A stretch of 34,468 nucleotides of DNA from a virus (lineage: Duplodnaviria > Caudoviricetes), in IMG/VR virus record IMGVR_UViG_3300004097_000024, positions 1 through 34,468 of that record; one strand, 5' to 3'. The notes beneath the pieces were generated by a model, which saw nothing but the letters and a program-made list of their open reading frames with translations, was not told where the DNA came from and ran no database searches. Below, piece after piece: positions 1-10,038 of this stretch. Each line of letters begins with the position of its first letter. The first letter of the stretch is position 1. Made by a program: the position numbers and the translations under genes.

Positions 1-850
1 TAATTGGGCGCAAAATATATTCACCATCTATCATTGATCCTTTCGTTGCATACATTAAACCTGCAATCGGAAAAATGGTTGCATTTTGAAAATAAGGAGG
101 AACATTGCTTGTTGATAAATTTGGGTAAGAATCCACTGCACCACTTGCACCGCTGCCAAGAGGAACCCATCGTCCATCAGGAGATAAAAAATAATCTCCA
201 CTTCTATATGATGAACTTGTTGGTGAGTCTCTTCTTGAAAACATATAATTTGAAAATGTATCAAAACCCAAAGAATTAACGGAAGAATCTGAAGGAGTTT
301 TGCCATCTTGAGTTAAAATATTATCTTCTGCTTGACCACTACCTCCGCAAAAAATAGGTAAAAAATACTGTTCTTTTTCTGCATAAGAATTAAAACGACC
401 TGCATAAAAAGTTGTATATAATTTTGTTGGGCTTGCATCAATAGGACTTTTAACAATTGCAGAAATATAATCAGGTGTAATTTGTAACCACATATCAGTT
501 GAATCCGCTGCACAAACTAATTGAGGTGGATGATTGCCTTCATTAAATCCTTTGTGTTCATCTTTTGGAATAGATAATAATTGATTATGTATTCCATTTT
601 TATCATTGAAATCTTTAAACATTGTAACTTCTATATTGTAAACTTCATTTAATATTGATGTTAATTCTTGAAAACCAACACAAAAAGAACCATCAGGAGC
701 CTTTAAAACAAGCACATCATAATCAACAACATCATACTTTAAAACGATCCATCCTTGCTCTTCTGCCCTATTTTTTATAGTTAACATTATACCTTTATTA
801 TCAATAATGCCTTCTTTATATGTATAAGTTGATCCTGCAATTAATGCCAT
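1..850 (-). CDS. Virion structural (minor tail) protein, 3' end runs off window
   Basis: ATG at 850 with ATTGGGAGA leader; frame open to the window edge (MALIAGSTYTYKEG...FYAGRFNSYAEKEQYFLPIFCGGSG...), so absent from the ORF track; lies downstream of tape measure. Confidence 0.7.
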   Translation of the reverse strand, partial: MALIAGSTYTYKEGIIDNKGIMLTIKNRAEEQGWIVLKYDVVDYDVLVLKAPDGSFCVGFQELTSILNEVYNIEVTMFKDFNDKNGIHNQLLSIPKDEHKGFNEGNHPPQLVCAADSTDMWLQITPDYISAIVKSPIDASPTKLYTTFYAGRFNSYAEKEQYFLPIFCGGSGQAEDNILTQDGKTPSDSSVNSLGFDTFSNYMFSRRDSPTSSSYRSGDYFLSPDGRWVPLGSGASGAVDSYPNLSTSNVPPYFQNATIFPIAGLMYATKGSMIDGEYILRPI

Positions 851-937
851 TTATTTAATCTCCCAATTATTTTTTTATTTAATTTATATATTAAATAATA
901 CATTTAAAACGAATTTATGCAACTAATTAAAAAATAT

Positions 938-979
938 TTATGCGTAGGTCTTGACTTTAATTAATAATTATACTATAAT
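938..979 (+). promoter_or_regulatory. Sigma70-like promoter preceded by TTATGCGTAGGT motif
   Basis: Motif 938-949, TTGACT 951-956, 17-bp spacer, TATAAT 974-979. Confidence 0.75.
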
Positions 980-1013
980 ATAATTATAAAGAAAACAAAA
1001 AGGAGAATACATT

Positions 1014-1583
1014 ATGAGAATGGAAGAAAGAGTTTACAAAAAAGGCGATGATATAGAAGCAAATATTTTATATAGATCAAAAGTTAATTTGTTAAGTGAT
1101 GATGTTCATGATAGTTATTTACATTCAAGAGTTTTAATTGTTAATAAGTTAATAAATAGATATAGACATGATATTTTAGGTGAAATATCTATTTCAATAA
1201 AAGTTTGTCAAGCTCAGTTGATGGAGATTGAACATTTTGAGCATTCTAAAAAGTGCAAGTTTGGTTATTATAAACCAATGAAATGGAAGATTGTTATTTC
1301 AACTCGTGAGAATACTTACACTCAAGGAAATGAAAAAACAAGGTCTTGTTATCTGTATACTAATTCAATCAAAATACAACCAACAGAAGATGAAGTTATG
1401 GAAGCAATCAAAAAAATATATGACTGTAAAGTTGAAATTGAAAAACAAAAAATTAAAAATAAAGAAAAAAAAGAATTAATGTTAAAAATAAAAAAAGAGA
1501 AAGAACAAAAAGAAAAAATTAAAAAAGATTTATTGAGAGATTTATTAATGTTTGATGACATGGAAACCTCTTTTTATTATTAA
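1014..1583 (+). CDS. Hypothetical protein, moron-like insert in tail module
   Basis: 189 aa, AAGGAG RBS, own promoter and terminator, antisense to flanking tail genes. Confidence 0.75.
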   Translation: MRMEERVYKKGDDIEANILYRSKVNLLSDDVHDSYLHSRVLIVNKLINRYRHDILGEISISIKVCQAQLMEIEHFEHSKKCKFGYYKPMKWKIVISTRENTYTQGNEKTRSCYLYTNSIKIQPTEDEVMEAIKKIYDCKVEIEKQKIKNKEKKELMLKIKKEKEQKEKIKKDLLRDLLMFDDMETSFYY

Positions 1584-1601
1584 AAAAGAAATAAAAAACA
1601 A

Positions 1602-1633
1602 AAAAAGCCCACTTATTTTTAAGAGGGCTTTTT
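1602..1633. terminator. Bidirectional intrinsic terminator
   Basis: AAAAAGCCC...GGGCTTTTT between convergent genes. Confidence 0.75.
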
Positions 1634-1650
1634 ATTATATTATAATATAA

Positions 1651-4179
1651 TTATATATTAATTCTTGAACGGTTTGCATTCATCATATTAACAAACTTAT
1701 CAACGTTTTGTGGAGTTTCCATCATTGCCCCAACCTCGTCAGATGTTATAACATTAGTAATTGAGGTTTCATTTACAACATTTTGACTTCCAACGCCCGT
1801 TGGTGAACTTAATGATGATGTTTGCACAACGCTTTCATCCTTTTTCAATACTGCAAATATTTCATCTGAATTCAAAGAACCAGCTGGATTGAATGCATTA
1901 ATTGATTTGGTTCCGTTTCTTAATCCATTTTCATCACCCATCGTTCCGCTACCTGTTCCATTGTGAGCTTTCGGAACATCAACGCCAAAACTTGATCCAA
2001 AGTTTGCACTAAAATCCTGTCCAAAACTTGTTGTGCTTGCTGACCCCCCATTAATTCCTCTCATTATTGCAGTTAAAATTAAAGCTTTAATTGCTGCTTG
2101 AATAAATGAAAGCGCTAAATCTCTTAATAAATTTTTCATTCCATCAACAAATTTTTCACCACCTTGCAATGAATCAGTAAATGCTTGCGCAAATCCATCT
2201 GAAAAACTTTCAGCAAAATGTTCACTAACTCCCTTCATTACATCCAAACTTTCAGTCATTTTTTTAACTTGTAATTCAAAAGCTAATAATTCGGTTGAGT
2301 TGGCTGGCAATGTTTCTTGCATTAATAAAAGTTGCTCATTCATTTTTGCCAAAACTTGATCGGGTGTAACATCTCCCAATTGCATCTGAAGTTGTAATTG
2401 TTCCACTTGTTGTGCTAATGCTTCAATTCCAACTTGACCTTCAATTAATCTTTGATATTCGTTTATAACTCTTAATTTTTCAATAACTTTATTTGAGCTA
2501 ACAACAAATTCCTCATTACCTTTAACATCGCTAACTTCTTTTTTCATTTCATCAAGCAATTGATCAAAATCATCATCACCTAATTTTATATTTGGATTAA
2601 ATGAAATAGAATCATCTGAAATACTTGTTAAAGACTTTTCCAAAGATAATTTTAAAGCGTTAGCTTCATCTAATAATTGCTTATTATCAAAGCTTGCTTT
2701 CAATTCAAAAGCCCCCAACAAATCACCCTTAAATTTTAATAATTCAATTTGTGCTTTTTGAAAATTTAAATCAAGTTGAATTGAATTTGATAAACTTTCC
2801 AACTTTTTAACTTCATTAACTGTTTTTGCTGTTTCTTCTGTTAACTTTCTTTGATTAAAAATTAATTCTTGTGTTCTTGTATTATTTTCACCATAAATTG
2901 TGCCACTTAATAAAATTGCCCTATTATAATCTTCTGCACTTTTAACAAGACCGTTTTGCGCTCTCTCTAAAAGACTTTGATCGGCTGCTGTTAATAATGC
3001 AAACTTTTTGGCAGAACCAACAACATCTTCAGCTGATTCTTTAACTCCTTTAAAATTATTAATCATGTTTTTTGCTGTTGTTGATGTTGCATGATCAAGT
3101 CTTTCAATTTGACTTTTATAAGTTATTACAGTTGAGTCATCAAGAAGGTTTGTGTCAAATGTCTCTTTTAAAGTTGAGTGTATTGATAACAATGTGCTTT
3201 TTAAACCACTTTCAATTTTATTTAGACCTATCCCAATAAAATCTCCAGCTGTCTTTAATAATCCAAAAATAACAAGACCAACCGCTTTTAATGCATTTCC
3301 AATTAAATTAAAGCTTGCACTAATCGGGCGTGCAAAAGTTCCTTCTGAAAATCCAATTATTAAATCTTGTGTTTTCTTAATTAAAAAGGTTATTTCTTCA
3401 CTTATTGCAGCAACAGATTTTGTTGATAAAGTTTTAAATGTTTGACTTAAGCTTTCAAAAGCTTGACCTATTCCAGCGACTTTTTGACTTTCTGCTTCTG
3501 TTATAATACCAATTCTTTCAGCTTCTTTTCCGTATTTTTTAAATCCATCACTTCCTAAAGAAAGCAATTTATTTAATCTTATAAAGGTATCACTTCCTAA
3601 CTCATCTTGTAATAGATTTCTTAAATTTGCATCCATATCTTTTGTTGCATCTGCAAATTTATAAAGCTGCTCCTCTGGAGTTAACTTTGCAAACTCTTCA
3701 ATTGTTAACCCTGCCAATTTTGCAATATCAACAAAAGCACCTGATCCAATTTTTGCAGCTTCCGTTGATTTTAATGTTATTTCATTCAATGCATCAGCAA
3801 CATCTTCAAAACTTCCGCCAGTTTGTGTTGCTGCAAATCCTAATTTTTGCATTGTTTCAACGCTAACTCCTCCAAAATTTGCTTGTTCAATAAGCTCTTT
3901 ATTTAATGCCACAACTTGTGCAATAACTGCTCCCATCGCACCAGCGATCAAAGACAATGCACCAGCAGCACCTTTTAATTTGCTACCCATAGATGTTGCA
4001 CCTTCGCCAGCTTTCTTTAATCCTTTTCCAACTTTATCTGTTTCATCACCAAGATCATCAAGTTCTTCACCTGCCGATTTTGCTTCTTTCTTTATTTCTT
4101 TTAATTGCTTTTGAAACTTTTTAAATTCTTTGCTTGCTCGATCCTCAAGTTCAAAGATTAGACTTACTGTTTCGGACAT
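1651..4179 (-). CDS. Tail tape measure protein
   Basis: 842 aa, helical, Ala/Gly/Leu-rich; N-terminus SLIFELEDRASKEF, C-terminal AHNG..G motif; follows tail chaperones. Confidence 0.9.
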   Translation of the reverse strand: MSETVSLIFELEDRASKEFKKFQKQLKEIKKEAKSAGEELDDLGDETDKVGKGLKKAGEGATSMGSKLKGAAGALSLIAGAMGAVIAQVVALNKELIEQANFGGVSVETMQKLGFAATQTGGSFEDVADALNEITLKSTEAAKIGSGAFVDIAKLAGLTIEEFAKLTPEEQLYKFADATKDMDANLRNLLQDELGSDTFIRLNKLLSLGSDGFKKYGKEAERIGIITEAESQKVAGIGQAFESLSQTFKTLSTKSVAAISEEITFLIKKTQDLIIGFSEGTFARPISASFNLIGNALKAVGLVIFGLLKTAGDFIGIGLNKIESGLKSTLLSIHSTLKETFDTNLLDDSTVITYKSQIERLDHATSTTAKNMINNFKGVKESAEDVVGSAKKFALLTAADQSLLERAQNGLVKSAEDYNRAILLSGTIYGENNTRTQELIFNQRKLTEETAKTVNEVKKLESLSNSIQLDLNFQKAQIELLKFKGDLLGAFELKASFDNKQLLDEANALKLSLEKSLTSISDDSISFNPNIKLGDDDFDQLLDEMKKEVSDVKGNEEFVVSSNKVIEKLRVINEYQRLIEGQVGIEALAQQVEQLQLQMQLGDVTPDQVLAKMNEQLLLMQETLPANSTELLAFELQVKKMTESLDVMKGVSEHFAESFSDGFAQAFTDSLQGGEKFVDGMKNLLRDLALSFIQAAIKALILTAIMRGINGGSASTTSFGQDFSANFGSSFGVDVPKAHNGTGSGTMGDENGLRNGTKSINAFNPAGSLNSDEIFAVLKKDESVVQTSSLSSPTGVGSQNVVNETSITNVITSDEVGAMMETPQNVDKFVNMMNANRSRINI

Positions 4180-4196
4180 TTTTTATTCTCCCGTTA

Positions 4197-4499
4197 TTAT
4201 TTTTGGTAGTCATCAATAATTTTGTTGTAATCTTCACGTGTTTTTTCTGCCTTTTTTGGATCACCGTGTATCATCGAAAATAAAGCTTTCATTAAAATAT
4301 GATCATCTAAATATTCACGTTTTTTTATTTTTTTATTTACTTCTATTAATTTTAAAACTTTTTGCAATCCATAACTTTCTACATCTGGATGTGTCTCTCG
4401 TATTGTTTCAACACCTTCGACCAATGCTGCAAAGAAAGTAGGCATTCCAAGTTCTTTAACTTTTTTATGCCTTTCCTGCTCTTCAAACTTTGCTTGCAT
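4197..4499 (-). CDS. Tail assembly chaperone, frameshift (gpGT-like) C-terminal part
   Basis: -1 frame relative to 4511-4954 and open back to the slippery site at 4574-4568; lies before tape measure. Confidence 0.7.
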   Translation of the reverse strand: MQAKFEEQERHKKVKELGMPTFFAALVEGVETIRETHPDVESYGLQKVLKLIEVNKKIKKREYLDDHILMKALFSMIHGDPKKAEKTREDYNKIIDDYQK

Positions 4500-4510
4500 T
4501 TTTTGATCTT

Positions 4511-4954
4511 TTAGCTCTTCTTCACTAATCCGTATTGATCTCTTATTTGAGCGATCACATCCTCTGTCTTTTTTATAGATTTGAAAACACCACCTTTAAA
4601 AGTCTTCTCACTAATATTTTTAAAAATCACTAATTGTGTATTGACATCAATATTTTTAATAGCAATCTTTTTTTCTTCATAACTCATTTTTTCATCATCT
4701 TCCTCAACATAACAAATTGCAATTATTGCAATAATTACGGTTGGATATTTTGCCATAATATGATTTGTAAAATCCTGTGGATCGTTTAATGCTTTTTTAT
4801 CATCATCAACAACACCTTCAAACAAATATGTTATAAATCTTCTTTCTTCAATTAATAATTTAAACATATCATCAACAGATAATGTTTTAAATTTTAAAAA
4901 TTCTTTGTCAACTTTTATTTCAATGTAATCTTCTAAAAAATTTTTTAATCCCAT
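4511..4954 (-). CDS. Tail assembly chaperone (gpG-like)
   Basis: 147 aa between tail tube and tape measure; contains A_AAA_AAG heptamer. Confidence 0.75.
   Translation of the reverse strand: MGLKNFLEDYIEIKVDKEFLKFKTLSVDDMFKLLIEERRFITYLFEGVVDDDKKALNDPQDFTNHIMAKYPTVIIAIIAICYVEEDDEKMSYEEKKIAIKNIDVNTQLVIFKNISEKTFKGGVFKSIKKTEDVIAQIRDQYGLVKKS
4568..4574 (-). other. Programmed -1 ribosomal frameshift site A AAA AAG
   Basis: In-phase X XXY YYZ heptamer (ATA AAA AAG); -1 frame has no stop until 4197. Confidence 0.7.
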
Positions 4955-5041
4955 TTTTTTTATTCCTTTTTGTTTTAAAAATAAAAGTTATATAATAATA
5001 TAATTAAATATTTTATATAACTTTTTATATACTAATTTAAA

Positions 5042-5872
5042 TTAAGCTGCTTTACGCTTTTTAATTAAATATGGAGATGCGGCAGTGTTAATTTTAGACT
5101 GTTGAGCTTTACCTGTAACAGTTGCAACAGCTGCATCGGTTGGGCTTAAAAATGTAACGCCATCAGATGGTGAAACTGAAAGATTTGGAATGATTACCAA
5201 AAATTCTTCATAAACGCCACCACTCTTTTTAATAACTGCAAATTGAACTTCAAAATTCAATGCATTATTTTGAAAAGCTTGTGTTGCTTCTTGCAAATAT
5301 TTATCGTAAGTAACATCATAATCAACACCAGTGTCATCAATTATTGTATCAGCACCAAACGATGTTTGCTCTGCAACTGTATAAAATTGAATTAAACCAG
5401 ATTCACCGATTTCAAAATTCTTGCCTTCTTCTAAAATAACAAGACCTGTTGAAGTGTCTGCAATTGAAACAGCATTCGTTGATGTATCAACTAAATCATC
5501 TAATGAATAAACAGTGTCTGCTTTAATATTTATTGTTTTAGTTTCTGCAACAGCTGCCGCTTCATCTGTTGTATTACCAAGTGTAAAAATTTGATAGTTT
5601 TGTGAACTAAAAGATCTAAAACCAAGAGTAAAAACAGCTGTTGGGTTGTTGTAAATAGTTTCAGCAATGTTTGATTGACCGCTTTCACTTTCTCTTATTT
5701 CTGTTTCTTCAACTTCATGTGAAACTGAAAATTCACTCATTGATCCGATTCTGCGGAAATCACCCGTTGGAACTCCATTAATGTCAACAGGACGGATTAC
5801 TGCCGTTCCTTCTGCCATATGAAATTCATCTTTGTTAGCAATTTTTTTCGCTAAACTTTTATTTATAGCCAT
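5042..5872 (-). CDS. Major tail tube protein
   Basis: 276 aa, beta-rich (GDFRRIGSMSEFSVSHEVEE); position between terminator protein and chaperones. Confidence 0.8.
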   Translation of the reverse strand: MAINKSLAKKIANKDEFHMAEGTAVIRPVDINGVPTGDFRRIGSMSEFSVSHEVEETEIRESESGQSNIAETIYNNPTAVFTLGFRSFSSQNYQIFTLGNTTDEAAAVAETKTINIKADTVYSLDDLVDTSTNAVSIADTSTGLVILEEGKNFEIGESGLIQFYTVAEQTSFGADTIIDDTGVDYDVTYDKYLQEATQAFQNNALNFEVQFAVIKKSGGVYEEFLVIIPNLSVSPSDGVTFLSPTDAAVATVTGKAQQSKINTAASPYLIKKRKAA

Positions 5873-5909
5873 ATTTTAATTCTCCCGTTTGTGTTTAAAT
5901 ATGTAATTT
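5868..5909 (-). repeat. Leader repeat copy 1 (upstream of tail tube gene)
   Basis: Identical to 10034-10076 except one T indel. Confidence 0.9.
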
Positions 5910-5917
5910 ATTTTTTC

Positions 5918-6385
5918 TTAACTTTGATTTAACATTATTCTTTGTCTATATGATATTTTAAAAATATTATATAAACGGTTGCTCTTTTCTTTATTTTCCA
6001 TCTGCTCAACCAGTTGAAATTCTGGTCTTGTCATCAGCCCTTGCATAAAATATTCTTGCTCATTTATGTAGCCAATTATTTTTTGAACTGCATTCAATCC
6101 TTCAAGTGAAAAACCTCTTGTGTTTATTGATGGTAATGCTGCACAATATAAAACAAAGGTAGCTTCTCCAATTAAGATTTCTCCTTTTGGGAAAGTCATA
6201 CTGTCAAGTGTCAAGTAAAGTTGACAACCTTTTTTCACATTAAAATTCAATCCATTTGTTGCACCTTCGGAAAGTTGCCCTGCGTAAATATCACAAGTAA
6301 AAACTTCATCAGGCATATCTTCTTTAATTTTTAAACATAAAGATTCTAAATATTCACTTACAATTAGATTTTTACTTTCAAACAT
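5918..6385 (-). CDS. Tail terminator/completion protein (Mu gp37-like)
   Basis: 155 aa with CDIYAGQL motif; synteny in neck module. Confidence 0.55.
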   Translation of the reverse strand: MFESKNLIVSEYLESLCLKIKEDMPDEVFTCDIYAGQLSEGATNGLNFNVKKGCQLYLTLDSMTFPKGEILIGEATFVLYCAALPSINTRGFSLEGLNAVQKIIGYINEQEYFMQGLMTRPEFQLVEQMENKEKSNRLYNIFKISYRQRIMLNQS

Positions 6386-6408
6386 TTTTTATTATCTCCC
6401 AATAATTT

Positions 6409-6843
6409 TTATTTTTTCTTTTTAATTCTTTTTAATATTTTGCTATTATAATTTTTTTCAATACTTTCTTTTGCAAATCGTCTCCAAGCAGCAGGTATTT
6501 TTCCCTTGTTTGGAATAAATTCACGTATTGGCATAATTCCCCAGCCATCATTATGTTCAATAGCATAATCTAAATTTCCCGATGAAAACAAAACAACACT
6601 ATTACCTCTTACAACACTTTCAATACTATTAAATAGATCACCAGTATCAATTAAAGTGTCAGGATTTTGGGAAGGTTCCCATTTTTTACCAAAAGGGCTT
6701 TTTTTACTTATAAAAGTTCCCTTTGAAAATTCCTTGAATCCTTGTGAGATTTCTAATAATGTATTTCTCATCATTTCATCAGTGTCAATTTTGGAAAACT
6801 TCTTTTCTAACTCTTCCAATTCTTCAATATTTAAACTTGCCAT
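6409..6843 (-). CDS. Virion morphogenesis protein (Mu gpG-like)
   Basis: SPFGKKW, TLIDTGDLFNSI, YAIEHNDG..MPIREFI motifs. Confidence 0.8.
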   Translation of the reverse strand: MASLNIEELEELEKKFSKIDTDEMMRNTLLEISQGFKEFSKGTFISKKSPFGKKWEPSQNPDTLIDTGDLFNSIESVVRGNSVVLFSSGNLDYAIEHNDGWGIMPIREFIPNKGKIPAAWRRFAKESIEKNYNSKILKRIKKKK

Positions 6844-7241
6844 TAAAAAACATCTAACGTGAAAAAGTTTAATTCACTTCCTGCACTATTTGAGATGTCG
6901 TTTTCAATATTTAAAGTAGTCTTACCAGATGCAATTTTATTTAAAATGCTTTTTGCATTATTATAACCTTCTGTTATTTCATCAGTTCTGTTGCCGTTAT
7001 TATTTGTCATGTAATATTTGAAAATTGGCAATACTATATTAATCATTTGATCAATATCTTCTTGTAAAATAACAGGCACAACATAACCACCTTGAATTAA
7101 ATATGGTTCAATTTCTTTTCGTGGAAATGTCATCGTTTCTGCAATTCTTTCTTCATCAATTGAATTATCAGGAAGACGTGGATATTCTATTTCATCAATA
7201 TGTTTTGATACTTGTGCTCTTGTGATGTATTCTATTGCCAT
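6843..7241 (-). CDS. Head-tail adaptor (Mu gp36/DUF1320-like)
   Basis: EIEPYL..GY.VP and YNNAKSILNKIASGK patterns; synteny. Confidence 0.7.
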   Translation of the reverse strand: MAIEYITRAQVSKHIDEIEYPRLPDNSIDEERIAETMTFPRKEIEPYLIQGGYVVPVILQEDIDQMINIVLPIFKYYMTNNNGNRTDEITEGYNNAKSILNKIASGKTTLNIENDISNSAGSELNFFTLDVF

Positions 7242-7306
7242 TTATTATCTCCCAATAATTTTTTGTATTATTTTCATTGTATATTGATTTTTTTTAAAAT
7301 CAAACA

Positions 7307-8179
7307 TTAAAAACCATACTTCTTTTTGTCTCTTTTTTCCAAATCTTTTAATGAAATTATATCTTTTTTATTCAATGCAAAGTTGCCATTTTCATCCATT
7401 TTCAAACCTTCCTCTGATGCATAAGCTGCAAAAGTTTCATCATATTTATCACCTTTTCCAAAATACGGCATTTGAAAACTTCGACAATTTGGATGCTGTG
7501 GTGGATTTATTATCTTTGGATCATTTGCAAACTGTATTAATCCATTTAAATCTTTGCAAATTTTACTTCTTTTTTTATCTGCAATTGTTGAATAAATAAC
7601 TTTTTCAATATCGTTTTTTATATATGTTTCAATTCTTGTATTATTTAAAATGTGGCTTGTTGTTGTTCTTGATATTGTTTCAAGTTGATTTTTATTTGAA
7701 TTTAAAACATTATTAATAATTCTATTTCTTGCAGCCGCATTTGTTGTTTTTTGACCGTAAATAAAATTTATTTCTTTTTTTAATTCTTGCTTTAATTTAA
7801 TCTTTTGATTTCTTAAAAATGTTGCTAACGTTGCACCCAACACAGAAAACCCAAGAATTTTAGATGCCTGTGTTTCAGTTAACGGTTTTATGTTTTCTTT
7901 TTTTTCTTTATTTGTCAACTTACTTTGAAAATTGCTCTCATATAAAGCTAACAATAAAAGCTCTTCCTGTAAAAAAGATTTTTGATTTTCAAACATTTCA
8001 TCAACTATTTCTTCAATACTTTCATTTGTGTATTGAATTGAATTTGAATTAATATTAATTTTTTCAATAATATTTTTACTATATTTTAAAATTATTTTAT
8101 CAAGAAGAAGAAGAACACGTTGCTTTTGTCCTTCTAATTCTGTCAAGTGAACAACCTGTCCTCTATTGTAAGCTTCCAT
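7307..8179 (-). CDS. Minor head morphogenesis protein (SPP1 gp7/Mu gpF family)
   Basis: D.KRSKIC..LNG and PPQHPNCRS motifs. Confidence 0.85.
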   Translation of the reverse strand: MEAYNRGQVVHLTELEGQKQRVLLLLDKIILKYSKNIIEKININSNSIQYTNESIEEIVDEMFENQKSFLQEELLLLALYESNFQSKLTNKEKKENIKPLTETQASKILGFSVLGATLATFLRNQKIKLKQELKKEINFIYGQKTTNAAARNRIINNVLNSNKNQLETISRTTTSHILNNTRIETYIKNDIEKVIYSTIADKKRSKICKDLNGLIQFANDPKIINPPQHPNCRSFQMPYFGKGDKYDETFAAYASEEGLKMDENGNFALNKKDIISLKDLEKRDKKKYGF

Positions 8180-8182
8180 AAA

Positions 8183-8566
8183 TTAACCTATCAAACTTTT
8201 AATGTAAAACATAAAAACAGCATAAGAAAAAGTAAATATAAAAACACCTATTTTTGCAATATGTTCATTTTTTAAAACACGATCATTTAATTTTTTTATA
8301 TCATTATCGTATTTTTTTTTTAACTCTTTTACTTCTGCATCGTTTTTATCTTCGTTTTTATCAATGTTTGTTTTTATATCGTTTATTTTTGCAATAGTAT
8401 TTGTTAATTTTATATCGTTTGAAACTAAACTTGCAATCATTTTTTGTTGAGTTTTTAAGTCTTCGCTCTGCTCTTTCATACCATCTTTTATTAAACCAAC
8501 CTCACCATTAATTTTACCCAAGGTCATCAAAAGTTCTTTTGTCCAATCGTTGTTATTTTCACCCAT
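8183..8566 (-). CDS. Coiled-coil protein with C-terminal transmembrane helix (possible lysis accessory)
   Basis: Heptad-rich body, C-terminal IGVFIFTFSYAVFMFYI. Confidence 0.55.
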   Translation of the reverse strand: MGENNNDWTKELLMTLGKINGEVGLIKDGMKEQSEDLKTQQKMIASLVSNDIKLTNTIAKINDIKTNIDKNEDKNDAEVKELKKKYDNDIKKLNDRVLKNEHIAKIGVFIFTFSYAVFMFYIKSLIG

Positions 8567-8781
8567 TATTCAGATTCCTTTTTAATAACTTTCTTTTTTC
8601 TTGATGTTTTTTTTACTTCTTTTTTTACTTCTTCTTTAATCTCTTCTTTAATCTCTTCTTTAATTTCTTCTTTAACTTCAACCCAGCCGTTTTTAAGAAA
8701 TCTTAAATGTGCAGCGCCATCTTTTTCAACTTTGGCTTCTCTGTCTTTATTGTATAAATTAATCATTATGTATTTTGTCAT
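8566..8781 (-). CDS. Small capsid-adjacent protein with KEEI tandem repeats
   Basis: 71 aa, GGAG RBS, 12-bp tandem repeats encoding KEEIKEEIKEEIKEEV. Confidence 0.7.
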   Translation of the reverse strand: MTKYIMINLYNKDREAKVEKDGAAHLRFLKNGWVEVKEEIKEEIKEEIKEEVKKEVKKTSRKKKVIKKESE

Positions 8782-8803
8782 CTTATTTCTCCAAATTTAA
8801 AAT

Positions 8804-8837
8804 AAAAAAAAGGTTAGGTTTTAAAACCCAACCCTTT
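8804..8837 (-). terminator. Intrinsic terminator after major capsid gene
   Basis: Hairpin followed by a T-run on the minus strand. Confidence 0.6.
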
Positions 8838-8868
8838 ATAGTGTTTATAGACTTACCTTAATTTTAAA

Positions 8869-10038
8869 TTAAGAATTTAATAATCTAACTGCGTATCGTG
8901 CATCCATTAATTCAACATTGAATAAAACATCAAAAGTGAAAAAGTGAGTTTTCAATTTAGGATCACGGAATGATTCCATTCTCATTGAAGTTTTAGTGCG
9001 TGGATCAACAACGTTTTGTTGCACTGAATTTGTAGAACTTAATCCTAACTCTTGTGCAGATTTATCAAGTTGACGCATTACGTGAACCGCAAACTCTTTG
9101 CCATACATAAGATTAACAGGATGAGAACCTACAACTGTTATTGCGCTTGCATCAGCTATTTCAATAGAAATTGCAGGAGATACATTAACAGATAAATCTG
9201 CGGCTACGTGAACAGCATCACCAGTAACAGTGTATGTTTGCTCATGACCTTCAATTGAAATTAAATCACCCTCAACATAAGTTTCACCAATTTCACCAGT
9301 GATTAAAATTGAAGTTTCACCAATTGCAGTTGCACCTTTTGAAACCAAAGTTTCGTTTGCGCTTGCAGTTCCTGCTGTATGATAAACATCTTGTAAAAGT
9401 TGATCACGGAAAACATAAGAGTTTGCAATTGTGCCAAGATTTTTATTTCTTAAAACATTCTCAGATGTAGAATCTGCATTTTTACCAGCGTTTTTTAATT
9501 CGTGTGCTAAATCAGTAAATGCTCTTGATGTTACTGCACAAACAGGATCTGTTTCTACTAATACATCAAAAAGTATTTTTTCACCTTCAAAAATATCATC
9601 AGATTTGAAAGCATTGTTTGAACCAACACCTGCAAAATTATAAACTTGTTTATAAAGTTTATAAAACTCTAAAACTTGAGCTTTTGCTAATGCATTAACA
9701 GCATTATTGAAAAGATCAGGAACAATGTTCATTGTTTGAACTTCTCTCATTTGCTTGTCAGATAATTCAAACGTAACTTCTTTATGTTTGTCAACTATAA
9801 TTGTTTTGGTTTTAGTTTTAAATGATTGTGATTGAATACCATTCACATCATCAAAATCATTGGCAATAAAATCTTCAGTTTGAAGTTCTATTGATACAGA
9901 TTGGTTTTTGTCTATAATGTCATCACTAATATCTTGATTAAGATAATGAAGTGGTTCCATTTTTGCAACTAATCTTTTAATTGCTTTTGGTGCAAGTTTA
10001 TCTCTATACGTTGCGCTAAAATCGTTATTATTCGCCAT
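8869..10038 (-). CDS. Major capsid protein (P22 coat-like, HK97 fold)
   Basis: 389 aa; follows scaffold; central beta insertion; C-terminal FTFDVLFNVELMDARYAVRL. Confidence 0.85.
   Translation of the reverse strand: MANNNDFSATYRDKLAPKAIKRLVAKMEPLHYLNQDISDDIIDKNQSVSIELQTEDFIANDFDDVNGIQSQSFKTKTKTIIVDKHKEVTFELSDKQMREVQTMNIVPDLFNNAVNALAKAQVLEFYKLYKQVYNFAGVGSNNAFKSDDIFEGEKILFDVLVETDPVCAVTSRAFTDLAHELKNAGKNADSTSENVLRNKNLGTIANSYVFRDQLLQDVYHTAGTASANETLVSKGATAIGETSILITGEIGETYVEGDLISIEGHEQTYTVTGDAVHVAADLSVNVSPAISIEIADASAITVVGSHPVNLMYGKEFAVHVMRQLDKSAQELGLSSTNSVQQNVVDPRTKTSMRMESFRDPKLKTHFFTFDVLFNVELMDARYAVRLLNS

Noticed and set aside
4-513. ORF-track entries 4-279, 55-306 and 313-513
   Set aside because: Shadow frames of the uninterrupted minus-strand gene starting at 850
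8616-8660. 12-bp tandem repeat
   Set aside because: In-frame low-complexity KEEI linker, common in small capsid-adjacent proteins
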